From Deltaproteobacteria bacterium (GTDB taxonomy: Bacteria > Myxococcota_A > UBA9160 > SMWR01), in the NCBI GenBank assembly GCA_032128375.1, contig JAQBGU010000209.1, positions 32,501-96,500 of the forward strand: a stretch of DNA of 64,000 nucleotides, in the 5' to 3' direction. Below the pieces are notes generated by a model. That model was not told the DNA's origin. It was given only the letters and a program-made list of their open reading frames with translations, and did not search any database. Shown piece after piece: positions 48,113-57,858 of this stretch (the first letter of the stretch is position 1; every line of letters starts with the position of its first letter). The translations under genes and the position numbers were made by a program.

Positions 48113-49346
48113 ATGACTGTGCGCGTTCGGAACGCTGAACTCTTCGCGATCACCGAATCCAGCCTGACGCTGTATTTTTCCGTCGAGGCGGACGCTGGAC
48201 CGATCGATGCCCCCCGCGAGCGTTCGGATCGACGGAGAGATTCGCGGTGTCTGCGAGGGGATTGCTGGCACGCGAAAGGTCCAGATCGACGGCTTGGATC
48301 CAAACACGGAGTATCAGCTCGAGATCGAGACACTCGATGGCTCGAGGGCCATCCACGACGATCCTTTCCCGGCGACCGCGAGGACCCTTCCAGAACCGAG
48401 TGGCGAACTCACCGCGTCGTTCGCGACGCTGAACGATCTCCACTTCGGTGAACCGCGCGTCGGCGGGGTGTTGGCTCCAGACGGCGAGCCGGCCGAAGAC
48501 CGCCCCGGCTGGGGATTCGTGGAGGAAACCGAGGGCGAAGTGCCGTATTGGAAGTTCATGAACGAGGATGCGATCGCCGGGATCAACGCGCTCGACGTCG
48601 ATGCCACCTTTATCAAGGGCGATATCGCCGATCGCGGGTTGCCCGAGCAGTTCGCGGCGGCTGCCGATGCATTCTCGAAGTTTGAAATGCCGCATCACGC
48701 CTTCCTCGGCAATCACGACTACTACGCTCGAAACCATTCTGTTTCAGGACACGACGGTCGCGAAGTCGACGGATACGCGCTGCTCGGCCAGCCGCCGGCA
48801 CCCCGCTCAGTCGACCTGGGCGGATGGCGGCTGATTCTGCTGGAGACGGCCATCCCGGGCGACCATCACGGGGAGTTCGATGACGAGCGCCTCCATTGGC
48901 TCTACCAAGCTCTCGCCCAGTCGCGCGAAGCGGCGATGCCCACACTGATCATGATGCATCACCAGCCGGTCCCTCCCGAACATGCGGGCAGCTACCCGAA
49001 TACGATCGGGATCAAACCACACGACTCGCTCGCGTTATTCGAATTGATCGGATCGAATCCGCAGGTACGCGGCGTACTGATCGGGCACACCCATCGCAAC
49101 CGAGTTCGACGCTACGCAGGCTCAGGAAACGTGCCGTTCATCGAGGTCTGCTGTACGAAGGACTACCCCGGTGGTTTTGGACACTACAGGCTGTTCGACG
49201 ACGGATCGTTCCGGCAACAAGTGCACCGGACTTCGACCGAGCGGGCACTCGCCCACTCGACGCGCTGCTCGACCTTCTTCCAGGGTGGCTATCGAAAATT
49301 CGCGCTGGGCGCACTTTCCTGTCGAAGCTTCGTCGTCAGCGCCTAG
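48113..49346 (+). CDS. Metallophosphoesterase (CpdA/Icc-like) with N-terminal FN3-like domain; frameshifted at the C6 run 48210-48215
   Basis: DLH, GDIAD, GNHD, HH, GHTH motifs; removing one C joins MTVRVRNAELF...GPIDAP to ASVRIDGE. Confidence 0.8.
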
Positions 49347-49432
49347 CAGGCTTTGTGCGCGCAAGCCTCGCCGCGAGGCGGCAAGAGCGCTTCTGGCAGA
49401 TCGGCGGTTCGATCCATTTTCCGGGAGACCCG

Positions 49433-50326
49433 ATGAGCGAAAGGTCCGTGCTGAAGTTCGCTGCATCGTTGGCCTATGTCGACCCCACCGAATTTTGCGA
49501 AATCGCACGCTGCGCGGACGCGAACCATTGGGACACTTTGGTGGTATCCGACCACCTCGTCTACCCAGAAAAGATCGAAACCCCCTACCCCTACACCCCA
49601 GACGGGGAAACCCGCTGGGACGCGCAGGCGCCCTGGCCCGATCCGTGGGTCGCGATTTCCGCGATGGCCGCGGTGACCAAGCGACTCCGTTTCCTCACGG
49701 GCGTATACGTACTTCCCCTTCGCGATCCGTTCGCGGTTGCAAAGGCTGTCGGCACCGCGGCAGTCATGAGCCACAACCGCGTATCGCTGGGGTTCGGGGT
49801 GGGATGGATGCGCGACGAGTTTCTGCTTGCCGACAAACACTTCGAAAATCGCGGAAAGCGGACCGATGAGATGATCGAAGTGATTCGCACGCTGTGGAGG
49901 GGCGGAATGGTCGAGTTCCACGGAGACCACTACGACTTCGAACGGCTTCAGATGACACCCGCACCCACTCGAGCGGTTCCGCTGATCGGCGGTGGATTGT
50001 CACGACCGGCTCTGCGTCGAGTCGGACGCGTGCTCGACGGTTGGATCTCGGATCTTCACACGACCGACGAATTGGGGAAGATCATCGCCGAGATTCGCGG
50101 TTACCGGGTTGAATTCGGGCGCGGCGACGAACCACTTCAAATCGTAGCGGCGTGTAGCGACGCATTCGGGATCGATGGCTACCGAAGACTCGAAGCAGCC
50201 GGCGTCACCCATGTGCTCACGATGCCCTGGCTATTCTACAGCGGCGCCAGCGCCACACTCGCCGACAAACTCGAGGGCCTGAAGCGCTTCGCTGGTGAGG
50301 TCATCGAGCCCATGTCCGGTCTGTAG
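49433..50326 (+). CDS. LLM-class (F420-type) oxidoreductase
   Basis: VSDHLVYP, YPYTPDG, WPDPWV, TGVYVLPLRDP, GVGWMRDEF; GGAG RBS. Confidence 0.92.
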   Translation: MSERSVLKFAASLAYVDPTEFCEIARCADANHWDTLVVSDHLVYPEKIETPYPYTPDGETRWDAQAPWPDPWVAISAMAAVTKRLRFLTGVYVLPLRDPFAVAKAVGTAAVMSHNRVSLGFGVGWMRDEFLLADKHFENRGKRTDEMIEVIRTLWRGGMVEFHGDHYDFERLQMTPAPTRAVPLIGGGLSRPALRRVGRVLDGWISDLHTTDELGKIIAEIRGYRVEFGRGDEPLQIVAACSDAFGIDGYRRLEAAGVTHVLTMPWLFYSGASATLADKLEGLKRFAGEVIEPMSGL

Positions 50327-50497
50327 GAGTCCGATCCGCAACAAGATCCTCGCGGTTCGGGCGGCTGTGCACCCCCTATCGCTCGCACAGCTTGGGGTAT
50401 GCTGTCGCCCCGGCACGGCGCAATATCCTTCCCCCGCATCCATCGACCGCCAATTGATGCGATTTACCTCGGATGATCAGGGAGCCAATCGAGTCCG

Positions 50498-53400
50498 ATG
50501 TCGGGAATGAACGAGTTGCTGTGGCGCGGTCCGCTACACGATGTGCGCGTCGAAGAGCGCTCGCGCTTTCTGTTCTTCGCCGGCCTCGCGACCCTGGTCG
50601 GCATCGCGCAGACGCTCGGGTTGACTGGCGCGGAAGCCCTGTTCATGTCGGAATACGGGACCGAGTGGCTGGCCGAGACCATCATCGGGAGTTCAGTCGC
50701 CACGGTCCTCGGCTCGTTCGCATATGCGGCTGTGGTCGGCGACGCGCGCAACGACACGCTGTTCATCCAGATGTTGCTCGGAGCCGCCACACTGCTCGTG
50801 CTTTCAACGGTCGGCCTCGCGTTGGACGTTCCATGGATTTCCACATTCTTGATGTGCTTTTTCTTCGTAACCCAAGCGATCTTCTTCAATCACTGGTCGA
50901 CATTCACAGTCGACTACTTCGATACGGTTGCAAGCAAGAGACTCTTCCCCCTGTTCACGCTCGGATGGAGTCTCGGCGGCGTACTCGGTGGTGGGCTCGC
51001 GATCGCCATCAGCAGCGGAATCGATCCAAGTGCCGTGATCGCGGGCTGGGCTCTGTCTCTACTCATCGCCGCAACGCTGCTTAGATTCGGCCGTCGGAGA
51101 CTTCGAAGTTGGGGACCGCTCGAGATCGAGGAGGCGGACGAGACATCAGTAGAAGGAGTTCAAGGTGCCATCCGCTACGTGCGCGCGTCAGCGCTCGGAA
51201 TGGCCCTGGTGGTATCCACGGTCGGAATGGTGCTGGCGTTAGTCGTTGCGCGCTTCATGTGGCTCGAGGCGTTCGCGAAGCGCTTTCCGAAACCCGAAGA
51301 GTTGGCGTCGTTCATCGGCGTCTTCCTCACCGCAACCAATATCATCGAGATCGCGATCTTGCTGGTGGTCGTCCCTTGGTTGATCCGCAGGGTCGGCGTA
51401 CCGACGGCGAATCTCGCGCACCCCGCGCTGACGATGCTGAGCTTCGCGGGACTCGCCGTCCAATCCAATGTGTACACCGGTGCGATTGCGCGAATGAACG
51501 GGGAGATGCTCGAAAACGCCCTCGCCCAGCCGATTCGCGTGCTTCTTTGCAATGCCATTCCGCTGCGTTTCCGCGGACGCGTCAAGGCATTTTTGGAACT
51601 GAATATTTTCTACGGTGCAATGTCGATCGGAGGGGTCGCGCTCGCGATTGTCGCGGCCCCCAATCCTCGCTCACTGGCCATCGCTGGAGCAATCGCGGGA
51701 GCGATCTACCTGATTGCTAACGTAGGGGTGCGTCGTGAATACCTGCGCACGTTGATCGACCAACTGCGTGCCGGCCGGCTCGACCTTTCTGACCTCGGTG
51801 AGGAAATCGGCAACTTCGAGGCGGCCCGACTCGCGGACCTCTGGGAACAGCTGCTCCACGACGAAGGAGAACACCCTTCCTCGTCGCTGCTCAAGATGAT
51901 CCCCAACCTCGCCTCGCGCGGGATCATTGAACCATTGCGCCGCGCAGCGACGAATCCGAAACCTGAGGTTCGGCTCTCGTGTCTCAGCGAACTTGCTCGC
52001 GTCCGTGCAGTGGGCGTGGAACTCACGCTCACCGAAGCCCTGGACGATCCGCAACCCCGGGTGCGTCTGGCAGCGATACGCGGCCTGCTCATGCTCGGCG
52101 ACGATGCACTATCCGCCGATACCAATCGGCGGTTGATGAGCGATCCAGATCCACTGATACGCGTCGAGGCCGCTCTTCGCGCGGGATGTCTTGACATGAT
52201 CGAAGAGATGATCGCGGCCGACGATACCGCCTCTTGCGTTGCCGCGCTGACGACAGCCCCCGCGTCGATGATTGGCGCGGTGATGCTGCGGGTACGCGAC
52301 GAAGAGCCGGCAATTCGCGCGGCTGCTCTGGAATTCGTGGCCCGATCCGGAACCGGGCAGATCGGCATCGCAGGGGCCCGCGAGGTTCTCGATCACGTCG
52401 ATCCTCGCGTGAGGCGAGCAGCGGTACTGTTACTTGCGAATATCGGTTCCCGCGATGCGATCGAGTCCATCGCCAGCGTTATCGGCGACCCGTCTGGCGA
52501 AGTCCAGTTCGTCGCCGAGACGGTTTTGAGTTCGCTAGGTGATGCAGGAATCAAAGCGGTCGATCGCTACCTTTCCGATGAAATCGAACGCGCCGCAGAG
52601 GCCGCCTTGCGCGTCATCGCACGCTCTGGATCGGAACGCGTAGAGGAAATCCTCGAACGCGAGATGCGCGATCGGGTTTCCGCGCTTTGGTACTGGGTGA
52701 TCGCAAATCATCGGGTTCCGGTTGACGACAGCCTCGGCAGCCGATTTCTACACGCCGCCTACTCTGATACAATCGCGCGGAGTCGCCGATTCTGCTTTAA
52801 GATCCTCGAACAACTCGAGGGCCCTGGCATCGTTCAGAACGTCGAAAAGGCGCTGCGCTTCGGTTCACCCCGATCGCAGGGCGACGCGCTGGAAGTGATG
52901 TCCCATCTGGGTGATCGAGTGTCCGCACAGCATCTGGTCACGTTGCACGAGTCGGGACCGTTACCCGAGCGGATTGAGATCGTTACCCGATCGATCGACG
53001 TCCCGCGCGACCCGGCGGCGTTGATCGAGGCCTCGCTCACATCGGGTGGCATCTGGATTCAACGAGGCGCCGCCGTCTATCAGGCCGCGGAAGATAGTCC
53101 GCACCCGGAGGGAGAAAACATGGAACGCTTGCTGGCACTGAAGCAGATCTCGCTGTTCAACGGGCTGAGCTTGGACCAGCTCGAGGCCGTGCATCAGATC
53201 AGCCAAGAAGTCGAGTACCTCGAAGGAGAGCTGATCATGCAGGAGGGCGAACACGACGACCAGCTCTATCTGCTCCTCGAAGGTCGCGTTTGTGTCTACA
53301 AAGACTACGGAAACGCGAACCAAACCGTGCTCAACGAGTTGGAAGCGGTGACCTACATTGGCGAGATGGCCGTTCTCGATGGAGAACCCCGCAGCGCATC

Positions 53401-53548
53401 TATCGTTGCCTCGCGACACTCTCGGCTGCTTTCTCTGGATGGCCGCAGCCTGCGCGAACTGGTGATGCAAATGCCAGAGATCTCGTTCGAAATTTTTCGC
53501 GTACTTGCCACGAGGGTACGCGTAGCGGAGAGCCGGATGCGCACTTGA
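50498..53548 (+). CDS. NTT/TLC-like MFS membrane domain + HEAT repeats + cyclic-nucleotide-binding domain protein
   Basis: About 12 TM with SKRLFP; repeated D.DP.VR..A motifs; C-terminal LYLLLEGRV..IGEMAVLDGEPRSA. Confidence 0.88.
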   Translation: MSGMNELLWRGPLHDVRVEERSRFLFFAGLATLVGIAQTLGLTGAEALFMSEYGTEWLAETIIGSSVATVLGSFAYAAVVGDARNDTLFIQMLLGAATLLVLSTVGLALDVPWISTFLMCFFFVTQAIFFNHWSTFTVDYFDTVASKRLFPLFTLGWSLGGVLGGGLAIAISSGIDPSAVIAGWALSLLIAATLLRFGRRRLRSWGPLEIEEADETSVEGVQGAIRYVRASALGMALVVSTVGMVLALVVARFMWLEAFAKRFPKPEELASFIGVFLTATNIIEIAILLVVVPWLIRRVGVPTANLAHPALTMLSFAGLAVQSNVYTGAIARMNGEMLENALAQPIRVLLCNAIPLRFRGRVKAFLELNIFYGAMSIGGVALAIVAAPNPRSLAIAGAIAGAIYLIANVGVRREYLRTLIDQLRAGRLDLSDLGEEIGNFEAARLADLWEQLLHDEGEHPSSSLLKMIPNLASRGIIEPLRRAATNPKPEVRLSCLSELARVRAVGVELTLTEALDDPQPRVRLAAIRGLLMLGDDALSADTNRRLMSDPDPLIRVEAALRAGCLDMIEEMIAADDTASCVAALTTAPASMIGAVMLRVRDEEPAIRAAALEFVARSGTGQIGIAGAREVLDHVDPRVRRAAVLLLANIGSRDAIESIASVIGDPSGEVQFVAETVLSSLGDAGIKAVDRYLSDEIERAAEAALRVIARSGSERVEEILEREMRDRVSALWYWVIANHRVPVDDSLGSRFLHAAYSDTIARSRRFCFKILEQLEGPGIVQNVEKALRFGSPRSQGDALEVMSHLGDRVSAQHLVTLHESGPLPERIEIVTRSIDVPRDPAALIEASLTSGGIWIQRGAAVYQAAEDSPHPEGENMERLLALKQISLFNGLSLDQLEAVHQISQEVEYLEGELIMQEGEHDDQLYLLLEGRVCVYKDYGNANQTVLNELEAVTYIGEMAVLDGEPRSASIVASRHSRLLSLDGRSLRELVMQMPEISFEIFRVLATRVRVAESRMRT

Positions 53549-53747
53549 ATCTGGCCGCGGCAAGCTGCGGCGTGGCTCAATTGGCCGCAGGGTCTGGCGG
53601 GAGATCTGGCGCGGGGGGTTAGTCGCGCCAATCGGCCCCTGAATCGCGCAGATCGGCCCCCCGACTACCGCCTGATCCCGTTCCGCGACTTGCGCAATCC
53701 GAAATTGCGCACCATCTTGCCGGCGTGCGAACGGGTGTCGGTTCCTC

Positions 53748-54200
53748 GTGATCACCAGCGCAATATCGACCGCGATCAGTGCGAGTCGCGAGCGCGTATG
53801 GCACGCACTGACAACTCCCAGCGAACTGATTCGTTGGAACGATCAGATCGTCTCGCTGGTCGAACCTGCACCAGGGTATCCGCGGGTCGGCCAGCGCTCG
53901 CGGTGGCGCTACCTGATGGGTTCGGTCGAGATCACTGCCACTCAGACCATTCGGCGGATCGAACTCGGGGAGCGACTGCAGTCCGAGATCCGTCTGGGTT
54001 TGTTTCACTTCGATGAAACCTATGCCTTGCAGAGCGATCCCGAAGACACGAGACGCACACGCGTCAGTCTGCGAGTGACGGCATCGAATTCGATCCCTGT
54101 CGTCGGAGGTACGATCGACCGCTTCGAGGTAAGAAGGCTGACGGCCGCCTTGATCGACTCGCGCTTGCGGTCCGTTCAAAAATGGTGCGAGAACCAATAG
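53748..54200 (+). CDS. SRPBCC (polyketide cyclase/START-like) family protein
   Basis: ISASRERVWHALTTP..W; C-terminal L..VQKWCE. Confidence 0.8.
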   Translation: MITSAISTAISASRERVWHALTTPSELIRWNDQIVSLVEPAPGYPRVGQRSRWRYLMGSVEITATQTIRRIELGERLQSEIRLGLFHFDETYALQSDPEDTRRTRVSLRVTASNSIPVVGGTIDRFEVRRLTAALIDSRLRSVQKWCENQ

Positions 54201-54260
54201 GAGCCTGACCCGTCTGGGATCGTGCGGAGAGGTGGAAGCTGCCTCCCGAAAGCGCAGAGC

Positions 54261-54284
54261 GCGAAACTGCGAAACTGCGAAACT
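54261..54284. repeat. 8-bp tandem repeat x3
   Basis: GCGAAACT GCGAAACT GCGAAACT. Confidence 0.9.
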
Positions 54285-54310
54285 AGAGTCGCTAGATCCT
54301 GCTCTCGCCT

Positions 54311-56143
54311 ATGATCGTGACGATGGGAATCTTGCGATCGGGCCTTGCACTGACAGGGCTCCTGCTCGGCTGCGCGGGTGGCGACCCCTTTGGGGCGCTG
54401 CTGCCCGCGGCTCCGCCATTCGACGCTTCGGCGATCGAAGCCGACATCAGCTGGTTGGCCGATGATGCGCGAGCTGGGCGCGGCGTCGGATCTTTGGGTC
54501 TCGAGCAATCGGCGGCCTACATCGGGTCGGGCTTTCGCAGTGCCGGCTTCGAGCCCGGCGGAGACGACGGCTCGTTTCTGGCGCAATTCGAGATGCCCAG
54601 TTCGGTCGAGGTGATCGATGCACGGATGGCACTAGCCGGCAAACCACTGGTTCGCGGTACAGACTTCGACGCATTCCTCACAAGCGCCAGCGGCAGCGTC
54701 GCCAGTGAGCTCGTGTTCGCGGGCTACGGAATCACCGAACCGGAGCATGGCTACGATGATTACGCGGGGATCGATGTCGAGGGCGCGATCGTGCTGCTGA
54801 TCGCCGACCGCCCCAACATCGAACTGGGGAATGGGAGCGGCAGCCCGTCATTTCTCAGGCGTTCCTACAAATTTGCCAACGCGAAAAAGCACGGTGCGGC
54901 AGCGGTGCTGCTCGTGCCCTCGCTACCCGATGCGGAAGACCTTCCCGGCAATGCCGGCAATGAGTCCAACAACCCCACCACACAGGCTGGTGGAGTGATC
55001 GCGATCAGTCTGAGCCGTGCTGTCGCAGACCGAATGTTTCCCACGTCGGGTCCAGCCCTTTCGGAACTGCAAGAACGGATCGACGCCACTGGCCAGCCGA
55101 TGTCGATGCGGATCGAAGACTCGACGCAATCGGTCATGGCCGAGGTCACGGTCGAGGTCGAAAGGAAAGTCGGTACCGTCGCGAATGTCCTTGCTATTCG
55201 CGAGGGGACGGACCCGAAGCTTCGGCATGAAGCGGTTGTCGTCGGCGCGCACTACGACGGCCTCGGTCATGGAGACTTCGGCTCGCTTGCGCCAGACCGC
55301 CGCGGCGATGTGCACAACGGCGCGGACGACAATGCATCCGGTGCAGCGGGACTGTTGGCGCTTGCGCGAGCCTTCGGGCGGCAGCCCGCAGGCCGTCGCA
55401 CACTCGTGTTGGCCGCATTCGCTGGCGAGGAAGTCGGCTTGGTGGGTTCAGCAAACTACGTTCGGAACCCCTTGATTTCGGTGCAAGACACCGTCGCGAT
55501 GGTCAATATGGACATGATCGGGCGTCTGCGCGATGGCAGGCTCGTTGTATTCGGAGTCGAGACGTCGAGCGCGTTCCCCGGCTTGGTAGGCCGCGCGGCT
55601 CGGGGTATTCCGCTGCGCGCCGAGCTGTCGGCTGGGGGTTATTCCGCTTCCGACCAGACGAGCTTTTATGCGCGCGACATTCCAGTGCTGTTTTTCTTCA
55701 CGGGCAGCCACAGCGAGTATCACACCCCTGACGATGACTCCGACCAGATCAATTCCAGTGGAGAGGCCGACGTACTGCGCGTGGTGTATCGCGTGGTTCG
55801 CGAACTGCTCGACGCGGACGAGCGCCCGGAAGTAATCAGCGCGGCACCCCCCGAAAAGGGTAGCGGGGGAGGCTATGGCCCCTATCTCGGCACCATTCCG
55901 GATTTCGGCGGAATGGCGGAGCGCGGAGTGCTGCTGCAGGGGGTTCGCGGAGACAGTCCGGCCGAAAAGGCCGGACTCCTCGGTGGTGACCGGATCGTAG
56001 GCTTTGATGGCGCTGCGATCGCGAACCTCGAGGAGTACGCGGCGCTGCTTTTCGCGGCGCGCCCGGGCCAGAGGGTCGAGGTGATCGCTGTTCGCAATGG
56101 CGAGCGCATGACATTCGAGGTCACGTTGGGTCAACGCCGGTGA
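54311..56143 (+). CDS. M28 peptidase with PA and PDZ domains, lipoprotein
   Basis: Lipobox LLGC; VFAGYGI, GAHYD, NGADDNASG, GEEVG, DMIGR, SDQ, YH; PYLGTIPD..SPAEKAGL. Confidence 0.92.
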   Translation: MIVTMGILRSGLALTGLLLGCAGGDPFGALLPAAPPFDASAIEADISWLADDARAGRGVGSLGLEQSAAYIGSGFRSAGFEPGGDDGSFLAQFEMPSSVEVIDARMALAGKPLVRGTDFDAFLTSASGSVASELVFAGYGITEPEHGYDDYAGIDVEGAIVLLIADRPNIELGNGSGSPSFLRRSYKFANAKKHGAAAVLLVPSLPDAEDLPGNAGNESNNPTTQAGGVIAISLSRAVADRMFPTSGPALSELQERIDATGQPMSMRIEDSTQSVMAEVTVEVERKVGTVANVLAIREGTDPKLRHEAVVVGAHYDGLGHGDFGSLAPDRRGDVHNGADDNASGAAGLLALARAFGRQPAGRRTLVLAAFAGEEVGLVGSANYVRNPLISVQDTVAMVNMDMIGRLRDGRLVVFGVETSSAFPGLVGRAARGIPLRAELSAGGYSASDQTSFYARDIPVLFFFTGSHSEYHTPDDDSDQINSSGEADVLRVVYRVVRELLDADERPEVISAAPPEKGSGGGYGPYLGTIPDFGGMAERGVLLQGVRGDSPAEKAGLLGGDRIVGFDGAAIANLEEYAALLFAARPGQRVEVIAVRNGERMTFEVTLGQRR

Positions 56144-56203
56144 GCGTAACGATCTGGGGACCAGGCGCTGTGGGCCTGGTGGTCGGCGCGCGCTTGGCGC
56201 TCC
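56140..56203 (+). pseudogene. N-terminal remnant of a Rossmann-fold protein (ketopantoate reductase-like)
   Basis: GTGA-coupled to the M28 stop; VTIWGPGAVGLVVGARLA (GxGxxG), then abuts the stop of the convergent gene. Confidence 0.55.
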
Positions 56204-56207
56204 CGTA

Positions 56208-57236
56208 CTACAGGACCTGTTCAGCCACCAGACGCAGCGCGTCCGGCTGGCCTGCTCCGAGTAGCAGGTTCGATGCCGGAGAATTCTTCCAGGCACCGAT
56301 TCGATCGATGATTCTCTCCTTCGGACCGACCAGCGCCACCGCGTCGACGAGTTCGTTCGGGACGGCGGCCATTGCCTCCTGCTTCTTGCCATCCAGGTAG
56401 AGGTTCTGAATCTGCTCTGCGGCCTCTTCGTAACCGAGGCGCTTCGCGTAGTCGTTGTAGAAGTTGTGTCCCCGAGCGCCCATGCCACCGATGTAGAGTG
56501 CCAGCATGCCCTTGACCGGAACTCGACACGCATCAATGTCGTCACCCAGGATGGTCGTCACAAACGGAGCAATGTCGAAATCGGCAAGCGATTTTCCGCC
56601 CCCAGCCTTGGCAATGCCCTCTTCGATGTGCGGAACCAACGCGTCGGGTTGTTCCGGGTCCATCCAGACAGGGAACACGCCGTCGGCAACCTCGCCGGCA
56701 CATGCCAGCCCCTTGGGGCTGATCGCCGCGGTATAGATCTTCATATCCGAACGACCATGAAGAATGCTCTTCAGCGGCTTGCCGTGCCCGGTGGCTCCTT
56801 CCGACATGAAGGGAATTTCGTAGTGGTAGCCCTTGTGCTCCAGCCGGGCCTCGCGCGCCATGATCTTGCGGCAGATCGAGATATACTCGCGGGTTCGTGT
56901 CAGCGGCCGACCGTACTCGACGCCGTGCCAGCCCTCGACGACCTGCGGGCCCGACGGCCCGAGCCCTAGCGTGAAGCGGCCACCGGAGAGCTTGTCGAGG
57001 GTCATCGCAGTCATGGCCGTCATCGCCGGCGTGCGCCCAGGCATCTGCATGATGGCGGTACCGAGACCGATTTTCGTGGTCTTTGCGGCGATGAACGACA
57101 GCGGAACGATCGCGTCGTTCCCATACGCCTCGGCGGTCCAAGTCGAACTGAAGCCGAGGCGTTCGGCCTCGAGGATCAGGTCATAGTTGATCGTGATATT
57201 CGGGCCGAACTGGCCGGCCAGCAGACCGAGTCGCAT
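56208..57236 (-). CDS. LLM-class (F420-type) oxidoreductase, Rv3520c-like subfamily
   Basis: WTAEAYGNDA, GTAIMQMPGRTPA, GPSGPQVVEGWHG, LYIGGMGA..NFY; GAGG RBS. Confidence 0.92.
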   Translation of the reverse strand: MRLGLLAGQFGPNITINYDLILEAERLGFSSTWTAEAYGNDAIVPLSFIAAKTTKIGLGTAIMQMPGRTPAMTAMTAMTLDKLSGGRFTLGLGPSGPQVVEGWHGVEYGRPLTRTREYISICRKIMAREARLEHKGYHYEIPFMSEGATGHGKPLKSILHGRSDMKIYTAAISPKGLACAGEVADGVFPVWMDPEQPDALVPHIEEGIAKAGGGKSLADFDIAPFVTTILGDDIDACRVPVKGMLALYIGGMGARGHNFYNDYAKRLGYEEAAEQIQNLYLDGKKQEAMAAVPNELVDAVALVGPKERIIDRIGAWKNSPASNLLLGAGQPDALRLVAEQVL

Positions 57237-57380
57237 GGGGGTACCTCTTATCGGGATTCTGGTAGTTGGGAGAGATCGGGATGAGCAGAGTACAAAACTA
57301 GCAGCCATCAAGATACAGCTTTCCCCACCTCGAGCTTCTGACCGTGCAGCTGGACGTCGCGGGTCAACGTGCGTGTCATC

Positions 57381-57855
57381 TGAACCCACGATCTCTTCGT
57401 CGCTGAGACGCTCACCATCAATTTCGGCGGTCAGCAGGCCGCTCACCAGATCGTCGCCCATCTGAGCACGCCGGCGACCCAGATCGTTGCGGAAGTAGTC
57501 ATCCAGCGAGCGGAACCCGGCAATCCCGGCCGGGGGAACCTCTGAGGAGCCGGGCTCGCGGTGGAGCCTTCCTTCAGTCCATACGCGAATCTGTTGCGGG
57601 TCTTGGTCTGGGACGCCAATGAACGCCGCGATGACCTCCATCGGGAGAAGCTGCGAGATCTGTGATGGCGTCAGCCGCGCCTGCATCGACGAATCGATCG
57701 ATGTGGCGAATGGCGATCGCACGAACCTGGCTTTCCATTCCCGCAACGCGACGTGGCGTCAGAGCCCGCGCCACCAACCCCCGGATCTTCATCTGTCTTG
57801 GCGGATCCATCGTGATGATCATTGCTGGACTGAATGAAGTCGTGTGGCGGGGCAC
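57381..57855 (-). pseudogene. Cytochrome P450 fragment
   Basis: MDPPRQMKIRGLVARALTPRRV...; frameshift near 57651; LPMEVIAAFIGVP...DDLVSGLLTAEIDGERLSDEEIVG; no I-helix end, ExxR or Cys pocket. Confidence 0.82.
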
Positions 57856-57858
57856 GAA

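Noticed and set aside
57237..57746. P450-LLM fusion protein (512-aa ORF)
   Set aside because: The P450 part is a frameshifted fragment without the heme-binding region, and the LLM has its own RBS and ATG at 57236.
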